The notes under the pieces: generated by a model
Seen by the model: only the letters and a program-made list of their open reading frames with translations
The model's database searches: none
What the model was told of the DNA's origin: nothing
Shown here: in pieces, positions 28,521-37,823 of the stretch
Layout of the letters: each line of letters opens with the position of its first letter
Position numbering within the stretch: position 1 is the stretch's first letter
DNA from: Acidobacteriota bacterium
GTDB lineage: Bacteria; Acidobacteriota; UBA4820; DSQY01
NCBI GenBank assembly: GCA_021778515.1
Contig: JAJYCJ010000004.1
Coordinates: forward strand, 7,092-71,091
Direction of reading: 5' to 3'
DNA: 64,000 bases
Position numbers and translations under genes: made by a program

Positions 28521-29414
28521 TTACGCGAAAGGAGGCGCCAGGCCCAGGGCGGGGGACCAGCTCTCCTTGGAGGACTCGATCTGATTGGAGGCCATGGAGG
28601 TCCTGAGCAGCCGCGCCATCTGGGTGTGAAGACGGTGGCCGCCCTTATGGACCAGGAGATGGGCCTTGAGGGGGAATCCCGCCAGGGAGATGTCACCCAG
28701 GACGTCGAGGATCTTGTGCCGCACGAATTCGTTCAGGAACCGGAGGTCCGAGTTGAGGGCACGGCTCTCGCCGAGAACGATGGCGTTGTCCACCGAACCG
28801 CCGAGCGCCAGCCCCCGGACCCTGAGTGCCTCAACGTCCCGCATGAAGCCGAAGGTGCGGGCCGGGGCGATCTGGTCCACGAAGGTGTTTTCATTCACGG
28901 GAATGGTGAGGGTCTGCTGGCGGATCATGGGGTGGTTGAACTCGATGGTGTAGGTGACGCGCAGCTCGTCGGAGGGGAGGAGCTTGATCCAGCGATCGGC
29001 CTCTTTCACCTCCAGGGATTTGGTGACCCTGAAGTAGCGTCTCGTCCTGTTCTGGTTGATCACGCCTGATTCTCGAATGAGATAGACGAAGGGGGCCGCC
29101 GAGCCATCCATGATGGGCACCTCGGAGGCGTCCAGCTCCACCACGGCGTTGTCCACGCCCAGTCCGAAGAAAGCCCCAAGAAGGTGCTCCACGGTCTTGA
29201 CCTGGATTCCTCCGGCCCCCAGCGTGGTGGCAAAATCGACCTTGTTCACGTTGAGGGCGCTGGCGGAGATCTCGTATCCGTCCTGGTCGATCCTGCGGAA
29301 GACGATGCCCGTGTCGGGCTGGGCGGGCAGAAGGCGCAGGAGCACTTTTTTGCCGGAGTGGAGCCCGATGCCGCTGCATTCGATGCCTTGCCTGAGGGTT
29401 CTCTGGTAGTACAC
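28521..29414 (-). CDS. lpxC: UDP-3-O-acyl-N-acetylglucosamine deacetylase
   Basis: 297 aa. The N-terminus QRTLRQGIECSGIGLHSGKKV and motifs EHLLGAFFGLGVDN and HKILDVLGD are diagnostic of LpxC. Confidence 0.9.
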   Translation of the reverse strand: MYYQRTLRQGIECSGIGLHSGKKVLLRLLPAQPDTGIVFRRIDQDGYEISASALNVNKVDFATTLGAGGIQVKTVEHLLGAFFGLGVDNAVVELDASEVPIMDGSAAPFVYLIRESGVINQNRTRRYFRVTKSLEVKEADRWIKLLPSDELRVTYTIEFNHPMIRQQTLTIPVNENTFVDQIAPARTFGFMRDVEALRVRGLALGGSVDNAIVLGESRALNSDLRFLNEFVRHKILDVLGDISLAGFPLKAHLLVHKGGHRLHTQMARLLRTSMASNQIESSKESWSPALGLAPPFA

Positions 29415-29700
29415 TCCCTACCTCCGGGGGCTTTTTAGCAAACCCCATGCCAACTCCGGATCCTTTAGGGGCAGGGCCCCGGAAAAAGGCCTGTGACCAT
29501 TTTGCCACAAGGGCTGTGTCCATTGGGGACAAGGAACAGGGGAAGGCGGGAATGGGGGTTGTTCGCTCATCCCCTCCTCCCTGCATCTCGGCCCTTGGGC
29601 GCAGGCGGCCGTGACGCGCGGTCGAGCCGGGGTTCCCACGGCCGCCGTTGCCGGCTTAAACTCTCGTGAGGTGGACCCGGTCCATAGATCGGAGCGGTGT

Positions 29701-30249
29701 ATGCGGGAGGACCAGGAGCGATGGCTCGAAGCCCTCAAAGCCCGACAGGAAGATGCCATCCGTCAGCTCGTCCGGGAGTTCGGGGAGCCGCTCCGGCGCT
29801 ATTGCGCGGCCATGGTGCGAAGCCCGGCCGATGGGGAGGACCTGGCGCAGGAGGCTTTGGTGCGGTTCGTCGGAGCGGTGGACGCCTTTCGGGGCGAGGC
29901 CTCGGTCAAGACCTACCTCTTCCGGATCGCCCACAACCTGGCCCTGAACCACCTGGCCTCCTCCGCGGTGGTCCACGAGGAGTTGCCCGGCGAGATTCGA
30001 GAGGGGCCCTCGCCGGCCGCCTCCCCCCTCCACGCGGCCCAGAGCCGGGAGGAGGGCCGGATGCTGCGGGAGGCCCTGGCGCGCCTGCCGCCACAGCAGC
30101 GGGCCGTGGTGGCCCTGCGAACCTGGCAGGACCTCTCTTTCAAGGAGATCGGCGCGGTGATGGGCCTCGCCGAGGGCACGGCAAAGGCCCACTATTTCTT
30201 CGCGTTGCGTAACCTGCGTAGGCAGTTGGAGCCTGGCGATGAACCATGA
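29701..30249 (+). CDS. ECF-type RNA polymerase sigma-70 factor
   Basis: Region 2 DLAQEALVRFVGAVDAFRGEASVKTYLFRIAHNLALNH and region 4 QQRAVVALRTWQDLSFKEIGAVMGLAEGTAKAHYF. Confidence 0.8.
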   Translation: MREDQERWLEALKARQEDAIRQLVREFGEPLRRYCAAMVRSPADGEDLAQEALVRFVGAVDAFRGEASVKTYLFRIAHNLALNHLASSAVVHEELPGEIREGPSPAASPLHAAQSREEGRMLREALARLPPQQRAVVALRTWQDLSFKEIGAVMGLAEGTAKAHYFFALRNLRRQLEPGDEP

Positions 30250-30778
30250 CGAAGCCTTGAGGGCGTTGGTGGCAGGAGGGCCGGCATCGGTCGAGGCCGG
30301 CCAGCACCTGGCCCAGTGCTCCCGCTGCCGGGAGGAAGCTGCTGCGCTGAGGGTGATCGAAGCGGCTCTCCGTGAGGCGGCGCCGGCACCGGCGCCGGCC
30401 CATTGGCAGGAGACGCTCGTGCTGAGGCTCAGCGCCCGCCACCGGGCGGGGTCGGAACCCGGGCCCTGGACCGTCCTCCGGTGGCGGCCCGCCCTGGCCT
30501 CCGCGGCTCTGGCGGCGGGCCTCGCCCTGGCCTGGCTGGGCTTCCTCCCGTTCCAAAGCCGGCAGGCGGCCGTTTCGGTGGCGCTTGGGCCCGCCCGTCC
30601 CACCTCTTCGCCCACACTGACCGCCCGGGAGGCCTCCCTGCTCGACCTGGCCCACGAGGATTCCACCGCCTCCCTTCTGCAATGGAGCGAGACCTCCGCC
30701 GCCGAATTGGGACAGACGCAGACCGGCGACCTCGGGTACTACCTAGCCGCCACGGAATCAGGAGGATGGAATGGTTAA
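30239..30778 (+). CDS. Putative anti-sigma factor (HxxxCxxC zinc-finger N-terminus, one TM helix)
   Basis: Overlaps the sigma stop. It has HLAQCSRC and a TM segment LASAALAAGLALAWLGFL. Confidence 0.55.
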   Translation: MNHDEALRALVAGGPASVEAGQHLAQCSRCREEAAALRVIEAALREAAPAPAPAHWQETLVLRLSARHRAGSEPGPWTVLRWRPALASAALAAGLALAWLGFLPFQSRQAAVSVALGPARPTSSPTLTAREASLLDLAHEDSTASLLQWSETSAAELGQTQTGDLGYYLAATESGGWNG

Positions 30779-31286
30779 AGCCTGCATCGCCGCCGCACTT
30801 TTTGGCCTCGTGGTCCTGCCCGCCGCCGCCCAGATGCCGGTAGGGCCCCCGGCTCCGGGGCCCGGCGCCGGCCCCGATCAGGAAACCCGCCGCGACGTTG
30901 CCCAGCTCTACCTGGTCCAGCGCATGCGCGAAGCTCTGGCGCTGACGGATGCTCAGACGCTCAAGGTGATGGACCTCTTGCAGCAGATCGACCAAGCCCG
31001 CATGGACCACCAGGCGGCCATCCGGAGCTTGGCCTCCTCCCTCCAAGCCCAACTGGATGACCCCAAGACGGCCGATTCGGCCTTCAACGAGTCCGTGGAG
31101 AGCTTTCGGAAGGGGCAGGAGGAGTTCGAGCGGCAGATGAGAGGCCTGGAGTCCCGGCTTCTGGCCGTCATGACCCCGCGCCAGCAGGTGCAATTCCTCC
31201 TCCTCCGGCGCCAGCTCCTCATGCAGGGCAGGGAGGGGATGCGGGGAGCGGGCGATGACGGCCGGCCCGGCCGCCGGCGCCGCTGA
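30771..31286 (+). CDS. Periplasmic LTXXQ-motif protein (Spy/CpxP-like envelope-stress chaperone family)
   Basis: Signal peptide MVKACIAAALFGLVVLPAAAQ and two LTXXQ-like motifs (LTDAQTLKV, MTPRQQVQF). It is the third gene of the ECF sigma/anti-sigma module. Confidence 0.55.
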   Translation: MVKACIAAALFGLVVLPAAAQMPVGPPAPGPGAGPDQETRRDVAQLYLVQRMREALALTDAQTLKVMDLLQQIDQARMDHQAAIRSLASSLQAQLDDPKTADSAFNESVESFRKGQEEFERQMRGLESRLLAVMTPRQQVQFLLLRRQLLMQGREGMRGAGDDGRPGRRRR

Positions 31287-31292
31287 GGCACG

Positions 31293-31760
31293 ATGACGCC
31301 GAAGCAGGCGGATCGCCGCCCGCGGAGTCTGCTTCGCTCCTGGTGGCGAGGGCTCCTGGCGTTTCTGCGAAGGTCCCCCGGCGAGGAGCGGCCTTCCGCG
31401 GTGGGTAGCTGGGGCGAGGAGGTGGCAGCCGGCTACCTCGAGGAACGGGGATATTTGCTCCTTGAACGGAACTTTCGAATCCGCGGGGGGGAGGCGGACC
31501 TGATCCTGAGATTCGGAGAGTCCGTGGTGGTGGTCGAGGTGAAGACCCGCCAAGGGGGCAGCGCCGGTGCGGCGGTCACCGCCGTCACCCCGGAGAAGGC
31601 CCGGCGGGTGTGGCGGGCGGCCAGGGCCTATTGCCGCAGGAGGGGGATTTCCCTGGCCCGCCTCCGGGTGGACGTTGTGACCGTCGAGAGCGGGCCCGAC
31701 AAGGGTCGGCCGGTGGTGCGCCACTTTCCGGGCCTGCCTCTTCCGCGGGGCCGCGCCTGA
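31293..31760 (+). CDS. YraN/UPF0102 family putative endonuclease
   Basis: GEEVAAGYLEERGYLLLERNFR...GEADLI...VVVEVKTR matches the YraN PD-(D/E)xK core. Confidence 0.7.
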   Translation: MTPKQADRRPRSLLRSWWRGLLAFLRRSPGEERPSAVGSWGEEVAAGYLEERGYLLLERNFRIRGGEADLILRFGESVVVVEVKTRQGGSAGAAVTAVTPEKARRVWRAARAYCRRRGISLARLRVDVVTVESGPDKGRPVVRHFPGLPLPRGRA

Positions 31761-31935
31761 GCTCGCCGGTGTACCGAGTCCCTTTCCCTCCGTCAAATTC
31801 GCTTTACACACCAATGCCCTGATATTCAAGGCCATTTCAACATTGCACGTCAGAGGTGTCTCGGCCCTGATTCAGGCGCATCGGCGGGCCGTTCCCAAAA
31901 GCACGGTACTGCACTATTCTGGAGCAAGGGGGAGT

Positions 31936-31950
31936 TGGCACCCGTCTTGC
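31936..31950 (+). promoter_or_regulatory. Candidate sigma-54 promoter (-24 TGGCAC / -12 TTGC) upstream of the WYL regulator
   Basis: TGGCAC at 31936-31941, then a 5-nt spacer, then TTGC at 31947-31950, an exact match to the TGGCAC-N5-TTGC core. A GAGGGAGG RBS at 31961-31968 and a TTG start at 31975 follow, so the leader would be very short. Confidence 0.3.
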
Positions 31951-31974
31951 CTCTGGGGGTGAGGGAGGTGCTCG

Positions 31975-32850
31975 TTGGCTCCTGTGAAAAACAAGGCAGT
32001 CATTGACCGCGTTCGGCGCATCGACGAACTGCTCCGGCGGAAGGGTGAGAAGGTGACCCTCGTCCACCTGGCGGAAGCGCTCGGAGTCACGGCGAGGACC
32101 GTCTGTCGCGATCTGGATTTCATGAAGAGGGAGCTCGGGCTCCCCCTCGCGCACACTCCGCGCCGGGCTTACCACTACGCCATCCCGGTGCCTCCCCTGG
32201 ACACCTCCGATCCCATGCGAATGGCCAGGGCGAAACCCGCCGTCCCCGCCACGGGGGCCCTCAAGCGCCGACAAGCGATCGAGGCCATTCACCAGGCCCT
32301 CTACTCCAGCCGAAAATTGCAGGTCCGTCTGACGGCGGAGTCCGGTGAAGACTCCGGACCATTCGTGCTGCACCCCTTCTTCCTATCCAAGGTCGCCGGT
32401 GAATGGGTGCTCTTCGCGTTGCGCGCGCAGGACCGTGCACTCGTCAACATCCCGGCCCGCCACTGCGGCGAGGTGAAGCTCCTGGACGAAACCTTCGCGG
32501 ACTGCCCCCCAGGCCCCGCCAAGATGAGGGGAACCCAGGGGTGGCTGAGCAGGGGCAAGCTGTTCAGCGTGACCCTGCGCTTCGCGGACTGGGCCCGGTG
32601 GTCCGAGCGCCTCATGCTGATGCCCGGCCAGGAGATGTGGGTCCAGGACGGTCAGGTCCGCATCCGGTTCCGCACGGATGACCTCGAGGAGGTGCGCCGG
32701 CTCGTCCTGTTCATGGGCGAGGGGGTGACCGTGGAGGAGCCGGCCGTGCTCCGCTCCATTCTCCGGTTTCATCTGTTGCGGCTGCTCAAAACCTACAACC
32801 CACTTCCCCAGGATAGCGGGTCCGCGTCCTCCAGGGACGACTTGAGGTAG
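31975..32850 (+). CDS. HTH + WYL domain transcriptional regulator
   Basis: An N-terminal DeoR/HTH_11-like helix (VTLVHLAEALGVTARTVCRDLDFM) and a C-terminal WYL-like domain with the conserved WVL triplet (VAGEWVLFALRAQD). TTG start. Its 3' end overlaps convergent folC by 58 nt. Confidence 0.65.
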   Translation: MAPVKNKAVIDRVRRIDELLRRKGEKVTLVHLAEALGVTARTVCRDLDFMKRELGLPLAHTPRRAYHYAIPVPPLDTSDPMRMARAKPAVPATGALKRRQAIEAIHQALYSSRKLQVRLTAESGEDSGPFVLHPFFLSKVAGEWVLFALRAQDRALVNIPARHCGEVKLLDETFADCPPGPAKMRGTQGWLSRGKLFSVTLRFADWARWSERLMLMPGQEMWVQDGQVRIRFRTDDLEEVRRLVLFMGEGVTVEEPAVLRSILRFHLLRLLKTYNPLPQDSGSASSRDDLR

Positions 32851-34091
32851 CCGACCAGGTAGAGGCTGCCGGCCGCCACCACCAGCCCGTCGCTTCCCGC
32901 CCACCGCCGCGCTGCCGCCAGGGCCTCGCCGGGGTCTTCGGCCAGGTCCGTCACGAGCCCACGGCCGCGGCGCCGGATGGTTTCGGGCCGGGCGCAGCGG
33001 GCCATGGGAACTGCCGTGGCCCAGACGCGGCCGAAGGACGGAAAGAGCAGCTGCGCCATGACGCCGATGGGCTTGTCCTTCATGGCCGTGAAGACCAGGG
33101 CGCGGCGCGCCTCGGGCCGCCCCGCCACCCAGCGGGCCAAGGCGCGGCAGCCATCGGGGTTGTGGGCTCCGTCGAGGTAGGTATCGGGGGACCGGACCGC
33201 GAGTTCCAGGCGGCCGGGCCACCTCGCCCTGGCGATCCCCTCTCGGATGGACTCATCGGGAACATGCCAACCCAACTGCCTCAAGACCCAGCAGCAGCGG
33301 ACCGCCAGCGCAGCGTTGTCCACCTGGTGCCCGCCGGGAAGGGCGGGCAGGGGCAGATCCAGGGAGTCGCGGCCGCACACCAAGCGCCAGCCGTCGGTTC
33401 CGACGCTCACCCGGCAGTCGCTCGGGGGAAGGAGCCGGGTTCCGAGCCGCTCGGCCTCCCGCCGGAGGACCGAAAGAACCCTGGGGCCTCCGGCCGCCGT
33501 GAGGGCGGGCACGCCTGGCCGGAAGATGCCGGCCTTCTCCCTCGCGATGCGCAAGACGCCCTTGCCCAACCACTCCTCGTGGTCCCTGCCCACGTTGGTG
33601 ACCACAGAGACCGACGGATCGGCGATGTTGGTGCAGTCCAGCCGCCCGCCCAGGCCCACCTCCAGCACGCCCGCCTCCACCCGCTCCCGCATGAAGTGGA
33701 GGAACCCCATGAGGGTGAGCGCCTCGAAGTAGGTGGGGCACCCCTCCAGAAGGCCGCTCCCCATGGCGGCCTCGGCCGTCGTCCTCAGTCGGCTGGCCGC
33801 TTCGGCGAAGGCCTCCTTGCCGATGATCCGTCCGTTCACACGGATCCGCTCCCGCACGTCCACCAGGTGCGGGGAGGTGAAGAGCCCCGTGCGGTATCCG
33901 GCCCCCTGGAGGATCGCGGCCAGGTAGGCGGCCGTCGAGCCCTTGCCGTTCGTCCCCCCGATGATCACGGACGGGAAGGAGCGCTGAGGATCACCCAAGG
34001 CCCTCGCCAGGGCGCGGGTGTGATCGAGCCCGACCTTGATGCCCATCTCGATGAGCGCGTCAAGGTATCGGAGCGTTTGAGGAAAATTCAT
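32793..34091 (-). CDS. folC: Bifunctional folylpolyglutamate synthase / dihydrofolate synthase
   Basis: Mur-ligase P-loop IGGTNGKGST and DGAHNP motifs. Its start overlaps the accD stop by 4 nt. Confidence 0.85.
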   Translation of the reverse strand: MNFPQTLRYLDALIEMGIKVGLDHTRALARALGDPQRSFPSVIIGGTNGKGSTAAYLAAILQGAGYRTGLFTSPHLVDVRERIRVNGRIIGKEAFAEAASRLRTTAEAAMGSGLLEGCPTYFEALTLMGFLHFMRERVEAGVLEVGLGGRLDCTNIADPSVSVVTNVGRDHEEWLGKGVLRIAREKAGIFRPGVPALTAAGGPRVLSVLRREAERLGTRLLPPSDCRVSVGTDGWRLVCGRDSLDLPLPALPGGHQVDNAALAVRCCWVLRQLGWHVPDESIREGIARARWPGRLELAVRSPDTYLDGAHNPDGCRALARWVAGRPEARRALVFTAMKDKPIGVMAQLLFPSFGRVWATAVPMARCARPETIRRRGRGLVTDLAEDPGEALAAARRWAGSDGLVVAAGSLYLVGYLKSSLEDADPLSWGSGL

Positions 34092-34948
34092 GGAGCGGGG
34101 GTCTTCCCCGTAAAGAGGGCCAGCAGCCGGACGAGGGTCTCCCGCATCTGGTTCCGGTGAACGACCAGGTCGAGAAAGCCCTTCTCGAGCAGGAATTCGG
34201 AGCGCTGGAATCCCTCCGGAAGCTTTTGGCGGATGGTCTGCTCGATCACCCGGGGACCCGCGAAGCCTATGAGCGCCTTGGGTTCGGCGATATTCACGTC
34301 TCCCAGCATGGCGAAGGAGGCGGTGACGCCGCCCGTGGTCGGGTCGGTCATCACCGAGATGTAGGGCACCCCGGCCTCCCTGAGCCTCCCGATGGCCGCC
34401 GAGATCTTTCCCATCTGCATGAGAGAGTAGACCGACTCCTGCATCCGGGCCCCTCCCGAGCAGGAGATGACGACCAGGGGTGCCCGCGTGTGCAGGGCCT
34501 CCTCGGCCGCCCTGGTGAGCTTCTCGCCCACCACGCTGCCCATGGAGCCCCCCATGAAGGCGTATTCCATGCAGGCGATGACCACGGGCATGCCTCCCAT
34601 GGTGCCCCGCGCATTTAGCACGGCATCCTGACTGCCCACCTGCCCCTGATACTGGACCAGCCGGTCCTGGTAGCGCTTCTGGTCCTTGAATTTCAGCGGA
34701 TCCGTGGGGGAGACGGCCTCGTCGAACTCCTCGTACCGTCCCTCATCGAAGAGCCCTTCGCAGCGCTGGCGGGCCGAAATGCGGAAGTGGTAGTTGCACT
34801 TGGGGCAGACGTGGTTGTTCTCGATCACGATCTGGGCGAACATGATCTGCCCGCAGGACTCGCACTTCATCCACATGCCGGCGGGCACGTGGACGGAGCG
34901 CTCCTCGCCGTCCTGAAGCTCGGGTTTCTTCTTCTGACGAAACCACAT
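34088..34948 (-). CDS. accD: Acetyl-CoA carboxylase carboxyltransferase beta subunit
   Basis: From the ATG at 34948: MWFRQKKK...MWMKCESCGQIMF...NHVCPKCNYHFR (Zn ribbon), then the carboxyltransferase domain. The table ORF 34088..35887 is an artefactual 5' extension. Confidence 0.9.
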   Translation of the reverse strand: MWFRQKKKPELQDGEERSVHVPAGMWMKCESCGQIMFAQIVIENNHVCPKCNYHFRISARQRCEGLFDEGRYEEFDEAVSPTDPLKFKDQKRYQDRLVQYQGQVGSQDAVLNARGTMGGMPVVIACMEYAFMGGSMGSVVGEKLTRAAEEALHTRAPLVVISCSGGARMQESVYSLMQMGKISAAIGRLREAGVPYISVMTDPTTGGVTASFAMLGDVNIAEPKALIGFAGPRVIEQTIRQKLPEGFQRSEFLLEKGFLDLVVHRNQMRETLVRLLALFTGKTPAP

Positions 34949-35170
34949 GCGGTGATCTCCCGCACGGGAGTATATCCAAAAGCCTCCGGCCCGGCAAACC
35001 GAGGGCAGTTTGGTGGAGGGTGGAGGGTGGAGGAGCCGTCGTCCGAAGGGCGGCCGCGGGCATGCGAATGGAGCGCGGCCGCGCTCACTTGGACGCGCCC
35101 GGGCCAGGCCTCCAGCGCCGCGCCAACGGCGCGCCGCTTGTGCTACACTAAGCGGGTTCGGAGGAGCGCA

Positions 35171-35878
35171 TTGCGAATACTGCGTTTGATCATCTACGCA
35201 GGACTCTTCCTCGGTGGGATAGGCCTCGGGGGTTACCTGCTCATCCAATTCTCTTTTCTGGGCACCAATACGGCGGTACCGTTGGTCGTGGGGCTCACCG
35301 AGGACCAGGCGAGCTGGCAGGCCAGCCGCTCCCACCTCCAGTTCGCGGTCAGGACCGAGCGGTACGACCTGAAGGCCTCCAAGGGCACCATCATCAGCCA
35401 GACTCCCAGCGCGGGGATGACGGTCCGGCGCGGCATGACCCTGCAGGTCATCGTGAGCAAGGGGATCGAGAGCCTCGCCATGCCCAATCTTCTGGGGATG
35501 AGGATGGACGAGGCGCAGCTCCAGATCCAGCAATCCGGCCTTAGGTGGCTCAACACGGCCTACGTCCACGCGCCGGCGACCTCCTCGACCATCGTGGCGC
35601 AGGAGCCGCCGCCGGGCCAGACCGTCCCGAGGGACGCCGACGTCTCCATCCTCGTGAGCATGGGGCCTCCCTCCCTGACCTTTGTCATGCCCTACCTCGT
35701 GGGGCTGAACGCCCAGTCGGCGAAGGACCGGCTCCAGGCCTACGGCATTCAGTTCGCCACTCCGCAGGTGGCCCGAACCCCAGGCGCCCAGCCCGACACC
35801 GTGCTGGGGCAGAACCCGGGGCCGGGGATGCCGCTGCACAGGACCGATCTGATCCAGCTCACGGTGAGCCAGCCATGA
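35171..35878 (+). CDS. Membrane-anchored PASTA-domain protein (three PASTA-like repeats)
   Basis: TTG start with a GAGGAG RBS 4 nt upstream, TM helix LRLIIYAGLFLGGIGLGGYLLI, and three ~65-aa PASTA-like repeats. The start is uncertain. Confidence 0.6.
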   Translation: MRILRLIIYAGLFLGGIGLGGYLLIQFSFLGTNTAVPLVVGLTEDQASWQASRSHLQFAVRTERYDLKASKGTIISQTPSAGMTVRRGMTLQVIVSKGIESLAMPNLLGMRMDEAQLQIQQSGLRWLNTAYVHAPATSSTIVAQEPPPGQTVPRDADVSILVSMGPPSLTFVMPYLVGLNAQSAKDRLQAYGIQFATPQVARTPGAQPDTVLGQNPGPGMPLHRTDLIQLTVSQP

Positions 35879-36543
35879 GCGGCGCACCCGCGAGGCTCCT
35901 CGCCCCGAGCATTCTCTCCGCCGACTTCGCCCGCCTAGCCGACCAGATCGCCCTCGTGGAGCCCCACAGCGGCCTGTTGCACGTGGACGTGATGGACGGC
36001 CGTTTCGTGCCCAATATCACGCTGGGGCCGCCGGTCGTGGCGAGACTCAAGGCCGTGGCGACCCTTCCCCTGGACTGCCACCTCATGATCGAGGAGCCGG
36101 ACCGCTACCTCGCCGATTTCGCCCGGGCGGGAGCGTCGCTTCTCTCCGTTCACCAGGAGGCCTGCCCCCACCTCCACCGCACCATTCAGAGGATCAGGGA
36201 GGAGGGCATGCGCCCGGGCGTGGCGCTCAACCCCGCCACCCCGGTGGAGACCCTGGACCTCGTCCTTCCCGACCTGGACTTCGTCCTGATCATGAGCGTG
36301 AACCCCGGATTCGGGGGCCAGCGGTTCATCCCGGCGGCCCTGGACAAGATCAGGTCCCTCAAGAGGACAGTCATCGAGCGGGAGCTCGCGCTGGCCATCG
36401 AGGTGGACGGCGGCGTGGCCGAGGAAACCCTTCCTGCCCTTTTGGATGCGGGGGCCGACTGGTTCGTGGCGGGCTCAGCGGTCTTCGGCGCCCCCGATCC
36501 CGTGGCGGCCGCCTCTCGCCTGGAGGGGATGCTCCGTGGATGA
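35875..36543 (+). CDS. rpe: Ribulose-phosphate 3-epimerase
   Basis: From the ATG at 35875: LLAPSILSADFARLADQIALVE...LHVDVMDGRFVPNIT...MSVNPGFGGQRF. Confidence 0.9.
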   Translation: MSGAPARLLAPSILSADFARLADQIALVEPHSGLLHVDVMDGRFVPNITLGPPVVARLKAVATLPLDCHLMIEEPDRYLADFARAGASLLSVHQEACPHLHRTIQRIREEGMRPGVALNPATPVETLDLVLPDLDFVLIMSVNPGFGGQRFIPAALDKIRSLKRTVIERELALAIEVDGGVAEETLPALLDAGADWFVAGSAVFGAPDPVAAASRLEGMLRG

Positions 36544-36940
36544 GTGCAGGACCACGGTGCGGGTCCGGTATGTGGAGACGGACCAGATGGGCGTGGTGCA
36601 CCATTCCGCCTACCTGGCCTGGATGGAGGTGGCCCGGACCGAGTACCTCCGTCAGCACGGCCTCGCCTACCGGGAGCTGGAGGAGAGCGGGACCCGCATG
36701 CCGGTGCTCCAGGTCCACGTTCAGTACCTGCGGCCGGCCCGCTACGACGACGAGGTGGAACTGTTGGCCAGGCTGGCGGACAGCAGCGCGGTCCGCTTCC
36801 GGTTCGAATACGAGATGGTTCGCAAGGGGGACGGCGCCTTGTTGTGCCGTGGTTATACGGAGCACGCGGCGACGGACCTGCAGGGCCGGCCCCGCCGGTT
36901 GCCCAGGGACCTGTTTGCCCTCATAGGAGGTCGATCGTGA
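36536..36940 (+). CDS. Acyl-CoA thioesterase (YbgC / 4HBT hotdog family)
   Basis: GTG start at 36536. VRVRYVETDQMGVVHHSAYLAWMEVARTEYL matches the YbgC-like hotdog fold. Confidence 0.75.
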   Translation: MDECRTTVRVRYVETDQMGVVHHSAYLAWMEVARTEYLRQHGLAYRELEESGTRMPVLQVHVQYLRPARYDDEVELLARLADSSAVRFRFEYEMVRKGDGALLCRGYTEHAATDLQGRPRRLPRDLFALIGGRS

Positions 36941-37812
36941 AGAGTGCCAGGCTTCTCGCCGCCGCGCTGGTCGTCATGCTCTTGATGACCGCCGGCTGCC
37001 ATCACCGCCGCCCCAAGGGCGAGGTCGCTCCCAAGCAGGTGACGCCGGTGGCCGAGCTTTACTCCAAGGGCATGGAGGCCCTCCACAAACACAAACCGGT
37101 CACCGCCCGGAAGTTTTTCGATCAGATCGCCCTGCGCGAGGACGCCGGCGAATACCGGGACAAGGCCGCCATCGCCACGGCGGACAGCTACTACCAGGAG
37201 CACACCCTGGAGTCCTACGCCGAGGCCATCAGCCGGTACCAGTCCTTCCTGGCCTTTCACCCCACGCACCCCGATGCGCCCTACTGCCAGTTCAGGATCG
37301 GCGAGGCCTACTTCGAGGAGATCAGCACGCCCGACCGGGACATCACGCCGGCCCTGAGCGCGAGGGATGCCTTCCAGGCCCTGATCGAGAACTACCCCAA
37401 GAGCTCCTACGCGGTCGAGGCCAAGCAGCGGATCCGCTCGGTGAACGACTTCCTGGCCGCGCACGAGATCAAGGTGGGCGACTTCTACCTCCAGTATGGT
37501 CACCCCAAGGGGGCCATCGGCCGCTACCGGTACGCCATCGAGCACTACCCCACCTACTGGAACATGCCGCTCCTCTACTACCGCCTCGGCGAGGCCCTCT
37601 ACCGGGACAACCAGGACAAGGAGGCGCTGCTCTACTTCACCCGCATCACCCAGGAGGTCCCCGGGACCGTCCTGTCGAAAAACGCGCGCAAGCAGATCGA
37701 GCGAATCCAGAAGCACCAGGTCGCCAAGGAGAAGGAGTCCAAGGTCTTCAAGGAGCCGCTCGTCAAGCCCAAGGCCGAAACCAAGCACTGGTGGCAGTTC
37801 TGGAAATGGTAG
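36937..37812 (+). CDS. bamD: Outer membrane protein assembly factor BamD-like lipoprotein (TPR)
   Basis: GTG start overlapping the thioesterase stop, with an AGGAGG RBS. Lipobox LLMTAGC followed by TPR-like helices. YfiO/BamD-like. Confidence 0.7.
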   Translation: MKSARLLAAALVVMLLMTAGCHHRRPKGEVAPKQVTPVAELYSKGMEALHKHKPVTARKFFDQIALREDAGEYRDKAAIATADSYYQEHTLESYAEAISRYQSFLAFHPTHPDAPYCQFRIGEAYFEEISTPDRDITPALSARDAFQALIENYPKSSYAVEAKQRIRSVNDFLAAHEIKVGDFYLQYGHPKGAIGRYRYAIEHYPTYWNMPLLYYRLGEALYRDNQDKEALLYFTRITQEVPGTVLSKNARKQIERIQKHQVAKEKESKVFKEPLVKPKAETKHWWQFWKW

Positions 37813-37823
37813 AGGAGGGATAG

